NCBI GenBank assembly: GCA_963745035.1
Contig: CAVUVW010000013.1
Coordinates: 928,001-992,000, forward strand
Reading direction: 5' to 3'
DNA from: an uncultured delta proteobacterium
GTDB lineage: Bacteria; Desulfobacterota; Binatia; UBA9968
DNA length: 64,000 nucleotides
Numbering within the stretch: position 1 is the stretch's first letter; each line of letters begins with the position of its first letter. Below, piece by piece: positions 20,507 to 30,696 of the stretch. Made by a program: the position numbers and the translations under genes. The notes under the pieces were generated by a model. The model was not told the origin of the DNA. It searched no databases and saw only the letters and a list, made by a program, of their open reading frames with translations.

Positions 20507-21318
20507 CTGTCGAGGTGATTCGCGCTCCGGGCGGAGTAGCGACTCCCGGTCTTTTGTCAGGACAGTTCCAATTCAGCAGCTCGGCGAGCTCGGCGGTCAG
20601 CGCGGCCGTGCGAGGCGGCCCGGTGAAGATCGTTTACACGAACCTGTCTCGGCCGAGCTATACGTTGGTGTCGGTCAAGCCAGAGATCACTTCCGCCAAG
20701 GAATTGATCGGCAAGAAAATCGCGATCAATAGCTTCGGCGATACCGGCCACCTATCCACGATCCTTTACTTGAAGAAGATGGGCGTGAACCCGTCGTCGG
20801 TGCTTTTCATCGCCGTTGGGCGAAATGAAGTACGTTTTCCCGCGCTCCGCACCGGCGCCATCGACGCCGCCCCATTGGTGCCACGGGATATGGTCGTCTT
20901 GAAAGATCAAAAGCACACCGTCCTTGCCGACTTGGGCAAAGAGGTCCAACTCGTATGGAACGGCGTCGCGGTATCGAGCAAACTCCTGGCGGAAAATCCG
21001 CAATTGGTCGAGCGGTTCCTGCGCGCCTTGGCGAAGGGACGTGAGTTTGCGCGCCGCTATCGCGATGAAACTATCGCGCTCATCAGCAAGCGCGATCCTT
21101 CTCCGCTGGACGCCATAAAGGTGGATTACGACGTGACCCGAGCGAGCATGACCGAAGACGGGTCGCTGCCAGATGAAGTGTTGAGGGACGAAGTCGCGAC
21201 GCGCTCGGAATTGACCAAGGCGGTCAATCCGCCCAGCGCGTCCGCCCTGTTCGATTACAGCATTACGCGCAAAAACTATGCTCAGCTAAAGGCCGCCGGC
21301 TGGCAGCCGGCTCGATAG
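20337..21318 (+). CDS. NitT/TauT substrate-binding protein; apparent frameshift in the signal peptide near 20360
   Basis: In-frame SLLSLSALASEAPAATPESIRVSYATLSAAYMDH lies upstream of ATG 20455; paralog of 17309-18280. Confidence 0.8.
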
Positions 21319-21323
21319 AGAAA

Positions 21324-22115
21324 ATGAAGCTCGAAGGAAAAATCGCGATCGTCACGGGCTGCAACGGTGAATTCGGCTCGGCCATCGTGCCGGGATTCGC
21401 CGCCGAAGGCTGCGACGTCGCGTGCGTGGATTTCAAGCAAGCCGATGCCGACGTTGCCGCCGAGAAAGTGCGGCAAAAAGGCCGGCGCGCTCTGGCGATT
21501 GCCATCGATCTGCGCAAGGGCGCCGAAGTCGAAGCGATGGTCGAGCAAGTTATCGATGAATTCGGCCGCATCGACATCCTGGTCAACACCACCATGGCTT
21601 CGCACAACCAGGAGTTTCTGAATTTCAAGGAAGAAGATTTTGACGACTCGCTGAGCCGCGGCGTCAAGAGCTACTTTCTTACCTGCCAAGCCGTCGCTCG
21701 AGAAATGGTGAAGCGGCGCTCGGGAAAGATCATCAATCTCAGCTCCATCGTCGGCGTGCTCGGCCCGGGACAAGCCGCTTCATGGACTGCCGATCGCGGC
21801 GGCGTCAACGGTCTTACACGAGCCGCGGCGCACGCGCTGGGATTCTACGGCATCAACGTCAACGCGGTCGCGCGCGGCAACACCGCGCGCAAGCCCTACA
21901 ACGCCGGGGTTCTCGAACGGGTTCGCCGATTGCCGCTAGGAAGAACCGAAACGCCCGAGGACATGGTCGAGCCCTGCGTCTTTCTCGCATCCGAAGGCTC
22001 GAGCTATGTGACCGGAACAATTCTCTACGTCGACGGCGGCTACACCGTCGCCGGCGTCACCGACGACCGCTACCGCCCCGAGTGGGCTCGCAAGGGCGCT
22101 CAAGAAAATCAATAG
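21324..22115 (+). CDS. SDR-fold protein, atypical (WTADR in place of YxxxK)
   Basis: TGCNGEFG, FGRIDILVN, GKIINLSS, VTG..LYVDGG. Confidence 0.87.
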   Translation: MKLEGKIAIVTGCNGEFGSAIVPGFAAEGCDVACVDFKQADADVAAEKVRQKGRRALAIAIDLRKGAEVEAMVEQVIDEFGRIDILVNTTMASHNQEFLNFKEEDFDDSLSRGVKSYFLTCQAVAREMVKRRSGKIINLSSIVGVLGPGQAASWTADRGGVNGLTRAAAHALGFYGINVNAVARGNTARKPYNAGVLERVRRLPLGRTETPEDMVEPCVFLASEGSSYVTGTILYVDGGYTVAGVTDDRYRPEWARKGAQENQ

Positions 22116-22168
22116 TAGCACTCACTTACATTGGCATATTTCGACTGAGAGGCGAACTCTTTCTATCC

Positions 22169-22255
22169 CGTCATTCCCGCCCAGGCGGGAATGCCAGGCT
22201 GACCTCACTTGGCGCAAAATAAAATCTGGCTGCCCGCGTTACGGGCCTGCGATGG
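22169..22255. repeat. GTCATTCCCGC-type palindromic REP
   Basis: cgtcattcccgcccaggcgggaatg hairpin between convergent genes. Confidence 0.6.
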
Positions 22256-22307
22256 CAGCTAACTCCATACCGAAGATTGCTCAAATTTCAGCCGAGCATA
22301 GCAGCGA

Positions 22308-23273
22308 TCAGCATGTTTCATCGGTGAGCGTGCTCTCGGCAAACAACTCTTTGATCTCCAGCCTTCGCTCTGTAATCCCGACCATCTCCGCGTAGCGGAC
22401 CATTTTTTCCAAAACCACGCGGTTGTCTTTGATGTTGTACGGCCAGGCGTCGGGCCCGAAGAGCTCGCGCTCCTCTTCCACCTCGGCGCCGTACCAGGCG
22501 AGAAAAGACCGGCGCGTGTCGCTGACGTGCTTGATTCCCATCTCTTTCGCTTTTGTAAAGGCGTCCACCAGGCTTCGAGCTACCCACGGATGTTTTTCCA
22601 GAATGGAATTTTTCACCACCACAACGTGGCGGATCGGAAAAATCTTCGTGCGCAGATAGTATTCCTTTTCGACTTCGCGAAAATTCGGCCAGAGGCGGCG
22701 CACTCCCGGAAGCCGCGTGTGCTTCGGGCTGATCTCCGGCAGCATGCAAGCATCGACGCCGCCGTGAGGCAGAACGTCTTCGATTTTTTGCCCTTTCGGT
22801 AAGCGCTCGTAGTCCATCCAGTCCGGCGGTTGCCAGCCAGGGACTTGTTCCTGCTGGTTGGTGCGCAGGCGTAGGGAGCGTGCCGGCACGCCGTGGTCTT
22901 CCTCGAGCACGCCGCGCATCCATAGAGATACCGGATTGAAGTGAGCGCGCATGCCGATCACCTTGCCGGCGAAATCCTCGGGCTTGACGATACCGCTCGC
23001 AGTGTTCAAAAGCACGTTGCCGTGGCAGAACTTCCGGTGCGGAAACACCGGGATCGCGGTGAACGGCGCGCCGCGCCCCATCCAGCCGAGAAATACCCCC
23101 ATCTGCAACTCGCAGACGTCGAACTCCAGATCGCGGGAGAAGCGGCGGTGGCGCTCTTCGGACGGCAACGACGCGATGTTCAAATCGAGACCGTCCGCCT
23201 TAACGGTTCCATCCACGAGAAAGCGCGTCCGATCGTATTCGTTGCATGACAGAGTGAGGCGCAGCGGTGTCAT
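22308..23273 (-). CDS. 4,5-dihydroxyphthalate decarboxylase-like (OphC/Pht5; periplasmic-binding fold) protein
   Basis: YDRT..L.DG.V, FDVCEL, AIPVFPHR.F, IFPI.H.VVV, D.WPY. Confidence 0.82.
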   Translation of the reverse strand: MTPLRLTLSCNEYDRTRFLVDGTVKADGLDLNIASLPSEERHRRFSRDLEFDVCELQMGVFLGWMGRGAPFTAIPVFPHRKFCHGNVLLNTASGIVKPEDFAGKVIGMRAHFNPVSLWMRGVLEEDHGVPARSLRLRTNQQEQVPGWQPPDWMDYERLPKGQKIEDVLPHGGVDACMLPEISPKHTRLPGVRRLWPNFREVEKEYYLRTKIFPIRHVVVVKNSILEKHPWVARSLVDAFTKAKEMGIKHVSDTRRSFLAWYGAEVEEERELFGPDAWPYNIKDNRVVLEKMVRYAEMVGITERRLEIKELFAESTLTDETC

Positions 23274-23274
23274 G

Positions 23275-24228
23275 TCAAGATGCCAATCGAGGTCTCAGCT
23301 CGTGGAGCAGGAGACGCGCCTGGGTACGCACGTCATCCGATGCCATGCGCGCGATGATCGTCGTCAGGCCCGCTTCGGGGTACCCTTTCAGCTTGTCGGC
23401 GCATTCTTGAGGCGTGCCGAAGATCGTGAAGTGATAACTGATTTTCTCTCGGGGTTGCTGGAAAAAATTTTCCATCCACTGCCAGCCTTCTCGGCGCGCG
23501 CGCTCACCGTCGCTGTTGATATTGAACGTCGCATAGAGAGCGCTCACCGGACACTTTCCGGCGCGACCATGCTCCTGAGCATGCTGATCGATCTTCCGCC
23601 GCGCGGCGCCAAACTGCTCTACGGTATGCGCCAAAGTGACCCAGCCGTCGCCCAAGCGCCCTACCCGCTTAAAACCGTTTTCGCTTCGGTCGGCGACAAC
23701 CCAGATCGGGATGCCGGGCTTTTGTACGGGATGGGGCAAGATGCCGACGTTCTTCAATTTGTAGTAGCGGCCATCGAAGTCGATGGTTTTCTCGCTCCAG
23801 AGCCTGCGCATGACTTCGATCGATTCGCTCAGGCGCCCGGCTTTCTCCTGCGGCGGAACTCCGCAGGCAGCGAATTGCCGTTGGATGTAATCCCGCACAG
23901 GTCCCACGCTCACGCCGAGAACGATCCTGCCTTTTGAGATCACGTCCAGAGTAGCGAGCGTGTGCGCCAGCAAGACCGGATTGCGCAACGCGGGCAGCAT
24001 GGGCACCGCACCGATCCTAATGTTGCTCGTGTGCGCCGCCAGCGCGGCCATGGTCGTGAGACAATCGCCCCGCGCCTTGTCCAGCACCGTCACGCTGTCG
24101 CCCAACCAGATATGATCGAACCCCAGCTCTTCTGCTTGCGCCGCATCCGACCACAACTGTTCGAAACTCTTCGCCGCCTCTTCCTGCCGGATGATCTGGC
24201 GCGTATGCAATAACAAACCAATTTCCAT
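23275..24228 (-). CDS. LLM-class flavin-dependent oxidoreductase
   Basis: AEELGFD.IW, LRNPV.LA...ATLD.IS.GR, PVQKP.IPIW. Confidence 0.9.
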   Translation of the reverse strand: MEIGLLLHTRQIIRQEEAAKSFEQLWSDAAQAEELGFDHIWLGDSVTVLDKARGDCLTTMAALAAHTSNIRIGAVPMLPALRNPVLLAHTLATLDVISKGRIVLGVSVGPVRDYIQRQFAACGVPPQEKAGRLSESIEVMRRLWSEKTIDFDGRYYKLKNVGILPHPVQKPGIPIWVVADRSENGFKRVGRLGDGWVTLAHTVEQFGAARRKIDQHAQEHGRAGKCPVSALYATFNINSDGERARREGWQWMENFFQQPREKISYHFTIFGTPQECADKLKGYPEAGLTTIIARMASDDVRTQARLLLHELRPRLAS

Positions 24229-24281
24229 GTTGCTACGAACCTCGGAATCTGACTATTCACTCCTCACAACTTACTCCTACC

Positions 24282-25310
24282 TTACTTATTCCCCTTCAGC
24301 ACCCGGTCGAGACCGGTTTCACGCAGCTCCTGATAGACTTCCCGCACCAGGCGAAAATCGAAAACCTGCTGCGGCGGTACGTCCTTTTGAATTCCCAGCG
24401 CGTGCCGCCCGATGTCGATGTCGGACTTTTGTGTTTCTAGGTCTTCCGTGCCGTCCGCCGTCATCATCTCCATGGTCGCGTCGTAGTCGGCGTTGCGCAC
24501 ATCGTCCGGAGAGCGATCATATTTTTTGCCGAGCGCCAGCGACTGGCTCTTGTAGCGTTTGAGATACTCTCGTCCCTTGACCGTCGCGCGCAGAAAGCGC
24601 CGCAGCAAATCCGGGCGCCTGGCGAGCAGCTCTTCCGAGGTCGCCAAACCGGTGTAGAGCATTTTGATTTCCTTGCCGATGTCGGCGACTTCGTGCACCG
24701 GATGGCCGCGCGTCTGCAGCAGATGAGAATCGGAAAAACCGAGCACGACCGAATCGACGTTCCGCGTCAGCAAAGAAGTGAGGCGTCCGCCGGTTCCCAG
24801 CGCGATCCAAACGACGTCTCTCATCGGATCCATGCCGTGCTTGCGCAGCAGCAGGTTCGCCGCGCCTTCCATCGTATCGCCGCGCGACGCCACGCCTATC
24901 CCTCTACCGCGCAGATCGGTGACCTTGCGAATCTCCTGGCGCCAGCTCCAAAGCCGATAGAGCGGCCGATCGAGATTGACATAGACGACTTTGAGCTTGA
25001 TGCCGCGCAGGCTCGCGTTTAGCGAAGACCCCGAGGACGTGCTGAAGTGAAGATCGCCGGCGACGAGCGCCTGGGTCGCCAGGCCGCCCGGCATGGCGAT
25101 GATTTCGATATTCAATCCTTCGTCCTGGTAAAAGCCCAGCTCTTTGGCGATGAAGTGCGGATAGTAAATCACGCCGAAGCTCGCGAACGACACTCTCACG
25201 TTCTCGAGCTTCGGACCCTGCGCCCCTAACGGCGCCACGTAGCCCATGAACATTGGCAACAGAAAAATGATCAATCGATAGATCTGCACAATCGCTCCGT
25301 TGTTTTGCAT
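24282..25310 (-). CDS. NitT/TauT substrate-binding protein
   Basis: IAKELGFY..EGL, HFSTSSGS motifs. Confidence 0.87.
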   Translation of the reverse strand: MQNNGAIVQIYRLIIFLLPMFMGYVAPLGAQGPKLENVRVSFASFGVIYYPHFIAKELGFYQDEGLNIEIIAMPGGLATQALVAGDLHFSTSSGSSLNASLRGIKLKVVYVNLDRPLYRLWSWRQEIRKVTDLRGRGIGVASRGDTMEGAANLLLRKHGMDPMRDVVWIALGTGGRLTSLLTRNVDSVVLGFSDSHLLQTRGHPVHEVADIGKEIKMLYTGLATSEELLARRPDLLRRFLRATVKGREYLKRYKSQSLALGKKYDRSPDDVRNADYDATMEMMTADGTEDLETQKSDIDIGRHALGIQKDVPPQQVFDFRLVREVYQELRETGLDRVLKGNK

Positions 25311-25405
25311 ATCCTTTCACTACATTGAAACGCAAGCACCGACGACGCCGCGCAACTTGTCTGCCTCCAAGAGCTGCGATATAGAAACGAGGCAAGGAGA
25401 AGTTC

Positions 25406-26305
25406 ATGTCCACTCAAGTTTCCGAGAGCGCTCTCGAGCGCATCGACCACGGCGTGCTGCCGTCCAACGATCTTGGTCGCGCCTTTCGTTTCTGGTCCAC
25501 GTTCATGGGGGCGAAGCTCGGCTTTCATGCCAACTTGAACGCACGGGGCCTCAATCGCGAAGTGCCGATGATCGTTTTCTTCACCGTCGCAAATCACTCA
25601 GGCTTCGGTCTCGCCTTGCAGGACTTTCGCCTGTCGCCAACGCCGGCACGCCCCCAAGAAGGCGTAGTCTGGGGATTCGAAGTCGCGGCTGAAGATCTTT
25701 CGGTAGCCGCAGCCGAAGCGGAAAAGCAAAAGATCCACTGCGAGCACATCGTCGATTATCCGGCCTCGAGTCCGATCAAGGAGTCCCTGTTCGTGCTCGA
25801 TCCCGACGGCAATACGTTGGAACTTTGCATTCGAAAAAAGCCCGCCGACATGCCGGCGCAGCAAGGAGCGATTCCACTGCGCCGGATCAGCCATATCCGA
25901 ATCGAGGTTACCGATCTCGATCAGGCCCGCTCTTGGTACGGCGACACTTTCGGTCTCAAAGAAACCGATCCACTACCCGGCCGAGACCAGTTGACCTTGA
26001 CCGTGCCCAATTCAGGTCAGCTGATCGTCCTCCGCAAAGTTGATCAAGTGGCGGACCGCAGCACGCGCTGCTTCAAGGGACCGCACATCGACTTGCGCTC
26101 GAGCGAGGAGTGCTACCCGGAGATTTTGCGGCGCTTCAATCGCAAGGAAATGTACTGGGGGCCCGATCCCGATCTCATCCCCTGGCATGAGCCGGATCCC
26201 AACACGGCGTACGGCTACGATCCGTTCGGCAATCGCATACAAATCGGCGTCATCGCGAAACGGCCGATGCATTACGGCAACGTGTCGCGCTTCGCCCATT
26301 CGTAA
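25406..26305 (+). CDS. Tandem VOC family protein (extradiol-dioxygenase-like fold)
   Basis: IDH, DPDGNTLE, ISH, DPFGNRIQ; AGGAG RBS. Confidence 0.85.
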   Translation: MSTQVSESALERIDHGVLPSNDLGRAFRFWSTFMGAKLGFHANLNARGLNREVPMIVFFTVANHSGFGLALQDFRLSPTPARPQEGVVWGFEVAAEDLSVAAAEAEKQKIHCEHIVDYPASSPIKESLFVLDPDGNTLELCIRKKPADMPAQQGAIPLRRISHIRIEVTDLDQARSWYGDTFGLKETDPLPGRDQLTLTVPNSGQLIVLRKVDQVADRSTRCFKGPHIDLRSSEECYPEILRRFNRKEMYWGPDPDLIPWHEPDPNTAYGYDPFGNRIQIGVIAKRPMHYGNVSRFAHS

Positions 26306-26326
26306 ACGCTCAACCGTTTCGCTTCG

Positions 26327-27319
26327 ATGACCATCAAGCTTTTTGTTCTTGCTCTCGTCCTCTGGACCGGGAATCTATATTTGACAACGGACGCTTCGCC
26401 CGCCACGGCCGAAGAAAAAGTCCGGTTCTCCGTCGCCGCCGTCACCGGCAGCTACATGGATGAATTCGTCGCCATCGAAAAAGGCTATCATCGCGAAGAA
26501 GGCCTGGCGGTGGAAATGATCCGCGCGGGCGGCGGCATCGCCACCCAGGCGCTCATCGCGGGCGATCTGCACTTCAGCACTTCGGCCGGCTCGGCTCTCA
26601 GCGCCATGCTGCGCGGCGCGGAAATCAAAGTGGTCTATACCAACATCGATCGGCCCGGCTATCAATTGTGGTCGGCCCAACCCGAAATCAAGTCATTGAA
26701 AGATTTGATCGGCAAGAAGATCGGAGTCACCAGTCGCGGCGACACGCAAGAGCTATCGGTTCGCCTGTTGCTCCGCAAGCACGGCATCAATGCCAATTCC
26801 GTCGTATATATTCCCGTCGGCTTCGGCGGCACGCGGTTGGCCGCGCTGCAAGCCGGCACCGTCGATGCCGTGCCTCTCGGCGCTGGCGACTTCGCCCAGC
26901 TCAAACAGACCAAGGGTCATATGTTGGGCGATACCGAAAAGGAGATTCGCTTCGCCTACGTCGGCTTGGCGGTTTCGAGCCGGTTATTGGCGAAGCAGCC
27001 GAATCTGGTCGAGCGTTTTCTCCGCGCCGTCATCAAAGGCAGAGAATATGCGCGGCGGTACCGCGAACAGACGATCACCATCATCGGCAAATACACCCAG
27101 CGCAAGCGTGAATTCAACGAATTCGACTACGATTCGACTTTACCGGTATTGACGGCCGAAGGCTGGGTTTCGGACGATATTTTGAAGGACGACGTCGCCG
27201 TACGCGCGGAATTGGTCGGAGTGCCGCCGCCGGTCAACCACGCGAAATTCTTCGACTACGGCACCGTCAGGAAAATCTATGCGGACCTGAGAAAGACGGG
27301 TTGGAAGCCAACGCCATGA
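26327..27319 (+). CDS. NitT/TauT substrate-binding protein
   Basis: Paralog of 17309/20455/24282 (HFSTSAGSAL, GREYARRY). Confidence 0.88.
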   Translation: MTIKLFVLALVLWTGNLYLTTDASPATAEEKVRFSVAAVTGSYMDEFVAIEKGYHREEGLAVEMIRAGGGIATQALIAGDLHFSTSAGSALSAMLRGAEIKVVYTNIDRPGYQLWSAQPEIKSLKDLIGKKIGVTSRGDTQELSVRLLLRKHGINANSVVYIPVGFGGTRLAALQAGTVDAVPLGAGDFAQLKQTKGHMLGDTEKEIRFAYVGLAVSSRLLAKQPNLVERFLRAVIKGREYARRYREQTITIIGKYTQRKREFNEFDYDSTLPVLTAEGWVSDDILKDDVAVRAELVGVPPPVNHAKFFDYGTVRKIYADLRKTGWKPTP

Positions 27320-27364
27320 GGAAACCCGACGGATTCTGGCTATCACTGGACATGACTGTCATGT

Positions 27365-27450
27365 CGTCATTCCGGCGGAAGCCGGAATCCAGGCGGTGTT
27401 TGGGTCCTGAAGCGCAATGAACCTGGTTGCCGGCCTCCGCCGACATGACG
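27365..27450. repeat. GTCATTCC...GGAATCC / TGG..GCC...ATGAC palindromic REP
   Basis: Two hairpin arms forming a long inverted repeat. Confidence 0.7.
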
Positions 27451-27526
27451 GACCTTCACCTGATTGAGCCGAGGGCTTAACCACTCCCGATTAAGACATA
27501 GAAACCAACCGGCCAAAGGAGCGACA

Positions 27527-28642
27527 ATGACCACGACCTACCAGATCGCCGACATGATGCTCGGCGTGCGTAACATGATCGAAGCCGCCGACCTACGCCA
27601 GCGCGACCAAGTCTTGCTCCTCGCCGACACGCGCAGCGACAAGACTACTCTCGAAGCGCTCACCGCCGGGCTGCGCTTTTTCGGCGCCGAGCCGATGACT
27701 CTGCTCACCGAACCGATCGCACGCTACGGGGAAGTGCCGCAAGCGGTGCTCGAAGCGATGCACGCCTCGGACGTAGTGATCTGGGTCTGGCCGGTGTTCA
27801 TCACGTTCACGCCCGCGCACCGCGCCATGGGACGCAAGCGCGAAGAAAGCGGCACGCAGCTCCACGAAAACCGCATGAAGCCTTATCACATTTATTTCGA
27901 AGGCAACGCCGGCCTTCTCGCGCGCGACTACGCGAAGTTTCCCAACAAGGTGCTCTGGAAGCTCGCCGAAAAGGTGCGCGAGGTCGTCGCCGCCGGAAAA
28001 GTGGTTCGTTTGGAAGACTCTCTCGGAACCAATCTTACGGCAACCTACGACGGCAAGCGTCTCTACGGCATGCAGTTTCGCGCCGGCGATCCGCCCGGCC
28101 GCTGCCATTTTCCTTGGGGACGGTGCGGTGTGTTCAACGGCGACGGCCAAGCCAACGGGGAAGTCTATTTAAGTTGCGTTCAAGGCGTCGCTGGAACATT
28201 GCCGCAGCCGATGCGCTGGAAAGTGAAAAATAGCTTGATTACCGAAGTGGACGGCGGCGGCGAAATTGGCGAGGAATGCCTACGACTATTTAAAGACGTT
28301 CCCGAATCGAACCGGCTGATCGAAATCATGTTCGGCTACCATCCGAAAGCCTCGGCGCGGCACGGCATCGCCGATCCCATGCACTGGGAGTTAATCAGCA
28401 AGATGCCGTGGGCCGGCCTTGGCACGCCGCGCAAGCATCCCAACTTCCGCCACATCGACGGCTCGGTGTTCGACGCACGTCTTTACATCGACGACCGGCT
28501 GGTCGTCGATAGACACGGCATGCTCGACCGCGCGCTGCTGCATCATCCGGAAGTGCTCGAAGCGGCGTCCGCATTCGGCGATCCCTACAAAGTGCTCGCG
28601 CCGGTGTCGCACGAAGCCCACGGCTCGGGATCGGCGTGGTAG
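27527..28642 (+). CDS. NicX-like (2,5-dihydroxypyridine dioxygenase / M29 peptidase fold) protein
   Basis: GTNLT, ANGEV, E.MFGYHP and H-x-D (HIDG) motifs; AAGGAG RBS. Confidence 0.65.
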   Translation: MTTTYQIADMMLGVRNMIEAADLRQRDQVLLLADTRSDKTTLEALTAGLRFFGAEPMTLLTEPIARYGEVPQAVLEAMHASDVVIWVWPVFITFTPAHRAMGRKREESGTQLHENRMKPYHIYFEGNAGLLARDYAKFPNKVLWKLAEKVREVVAAGKVVRLEDSLGTNLTATYDGKRLYGMQFRAGDPPGRCHFPWGRCGVFNGDGQANGEVYLSCVQGVAGTLPQPMRWKVKNSLITEVDGGGEIGEECLRLFKDVPESNRLIEIMFGYHPKASARHGIADPMHWELISKMPWAGLGTPRKHPNFRHIDGSVFDARLYIDDRLVVDRHGMLDRALLHHPEVLEAASAFGDPYKVLAPVSHEAHGSGSAW

Positions 28643-28751
28643 CGATCAGTGACGCCGCCTGGCATTGGGCGATGCAGATCCGCCGAAGCGCTGGCGAGCT
28701 TCTGCTGGACGAGCCTGACCAGATCGTTTGTGCAAACGGCGATAGCAACTT

Positions 28752-29807
28752 TTACCGATCCGGCAACCGATCTCCACCGGCGATCTTGTTGAAGAGGGCG
28801 ATCACCTCGGGTTCGCGTGGAACTTCCTGGATGACTTTGTGAAGTTCCTCGGGCATGAGCGGCGTCGGATCTTCGCCGACGAGCTTCCGAAACATTGGCG
28901 GAAAGGCCGGGTCGTTCAGCGCTTTGCGCATCGCCGCCTGCAAGATCTCGACGCGGTCGCGGGGCGTATTCGGCGGCAGCACGATCGCCGAACCGCCGAG
29001 GCGGATAGCGCGCTGGAGCTCCAGCACCTTCCGCTCTCGCTCCGACTTGGCGAACGTCTCGAGCTCCGGCAAATGCGCGAAGCGTGGATGGCGATTTCCC
29101 CGCGGAGTTTCGAGCACGGCGTGAAAATCGACGAGGCCTTTGTCGATCCATTCCGGCGTTCGTTGGACCACGGACGCAATCAAGCTCGATCGCGCATCCA
29201 CCTCGCCGCGCAGCAGAGCTAGATCCACCTCGGGCCCCGAGTAGCCGACTACCATGCGCGGATCCTTCAGGCCCAGGAAGAACGCGAACAGCCTGCCGGT
29301 AATATAAATATTGTGCCCGATGGACTGCGCGCCGATCCTCAATCCCGCCGCGGCTCGGAGCTTCTCGAGTTGGGTCAGACCGATTTCCTTTCGCGTCGAA
29401 AAAATATGCTGCGTCGTGGCATCCGACGAGCCGAGATAGATAAACTTGTTGAGGTCATAGAGCACGCCCGATTCGCCCTGGATCGCCGCGGCCAGGAGCG
29501 TGGTTCCCATACTGCCGATCGTCAGACCGTCCGGCTTCACCGTACGGAAAACATGATTGGCCGCTTTGCGCCCTCCGCCGCCGGGCATGTACTCGACAAC
29601 GACGGTCGGACTGCCGGGAATATGTTTCTGCAGATACGGAACCAGCGACTTGACCCGGATATCGCTCGTGCCGCCGGCGTCGCTGCTGACGATGACGGTG
29701 ATCGTCTTGCCTTGATAAAACGGCGCCTGCGCATAAACAGATACGGCCGGCAAGACGATCAGCAGCAGAGCCGACGCCAGCCAGCGCAAAAAGTTTCCCA
29801 ATCGCAT
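28752..29807 (-). CDS. Bug/TctC substrate-binding protein
   Basis: Paralog of 8287-9345; start MRLGN after GGAGG. Confidence 0.88.
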   Translation of the reverse strand: MRLGNFLRWLASALLLIVLPAVSVYAQAPFYQGKTITVIVSSDAGGTSDIRVKSLVPYLQKHIPGSPTVVVEYMPGGGGRKAANHVFRTVKPDGLTIGSMGTTLLAAAIQGESGVLYDLNKFIYLGSSDATTQHIFSTRKEIGLTQLEKLRAAAGLRIGAQSIGHNIYITGRLFAFFLGLKDPRMVVGYSGPEVDLALLRGEVDARSSLIASVVQRTPEWIDKGLVDFHAVLETPRGNRHPRFAHLPELETFAKSERERKVLELQRAIRLGGSAIVLPPNTPRDRVEILQAAMRKALNDPAFPPMFRKLVGEDPTPLMPEELHKVIQEVPREPEVIALFNKIAGGDRLPDR

Positions 29808-30154
29808 CTTACGCCCTCCGTGGGCTGCACGACGGCGATGGCCCTTCGCCTCGAAATTCGACCATGACTTTGCCCGTTTGCTCGTCAGCCGGAGTCTGCT
29901 CACCGCTGTGCAAAAAAACAATCTCGCTCGCGCGACGCCGCTGAGGCCGCCTCTATCACAGGTCAAGCAGCCAAGTCTATGGACTGTTCAAGGCGATGGA
30001 AAGCCCTCCAAACATAGACGTTGCCGGCGAGCATCAATGTCACGCGCGCAGTTTGCACTGCGCTATAGACGGCATGGAACGCGGATGCGATACTGCTCGC
30101 GGGCAAACAGAGCATGAGCTCAACGGAGGACGCAAGTAATTACAGGAGCTAACC

Positions 30155-30301
30155 ATGCCAGGCTTTTCCCAGACAACCTACGAGAACTTGATCATCGAGC
30201 GCAGTGAAACGCAGAAGCGGCTGTTCGCGCAATACAGCGGCAGCGATCCTCATTTCGACATCGTCATTGTCGGCTCCGGGATGCGACGGCCTATTTCTTA
30301 G
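30155..30301 (+). pseudogene. N-terminal fragment of an FAD-dependent (GMC-like) oxidoreductase
   Basis: AGGAG RBS; MPGFSQ...FDIVIVGSGM then abrupt stop. Confidence 0.6.
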
Positions 30302-30447
30302 AGCATGCCCGCAAGCGAGCTCCGACGCGTCCATCCGTCGTTAGCGCCGACGCCCTTTGAGCCACTGTCTCGCGACGAGTGATTCATGAGCTTACGCTCG
30401 CCTGCTGAGAATGAAGGGGGAGTTCTCCAGGCTTCCACGTTACTCGC

Positions 30448-30521
30448 AATACCGCGCACGCGGAATCCAGGTTTATTCTCCGGCCCAATTAGCCTGGATA
30501 CCCGCTTGCGCGGGTATGACG
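30448..30521. repeat. Degenerate GGAATCCAG...CTGGATACCCGC..GCGGGTATGAC REP
   Basis: Same family as 27365-27450. Confidence 0.6.
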
Positions 30522-30696
30522 GAGGGCAGCACTAGCGTACGTATCGGGAGCCTTATGTAGGGATCAGCGATCGGCAATTTTCGAAGGAGGGCTTTCCCAT
30601 ATTTACGGGAAACCAAAAAACGTCATGCCTTAGTAAATTACTGCGCAGCGCGGATGGGCCAAGAAACAACCTACGGCGGTTGATCGACCGGAATAT

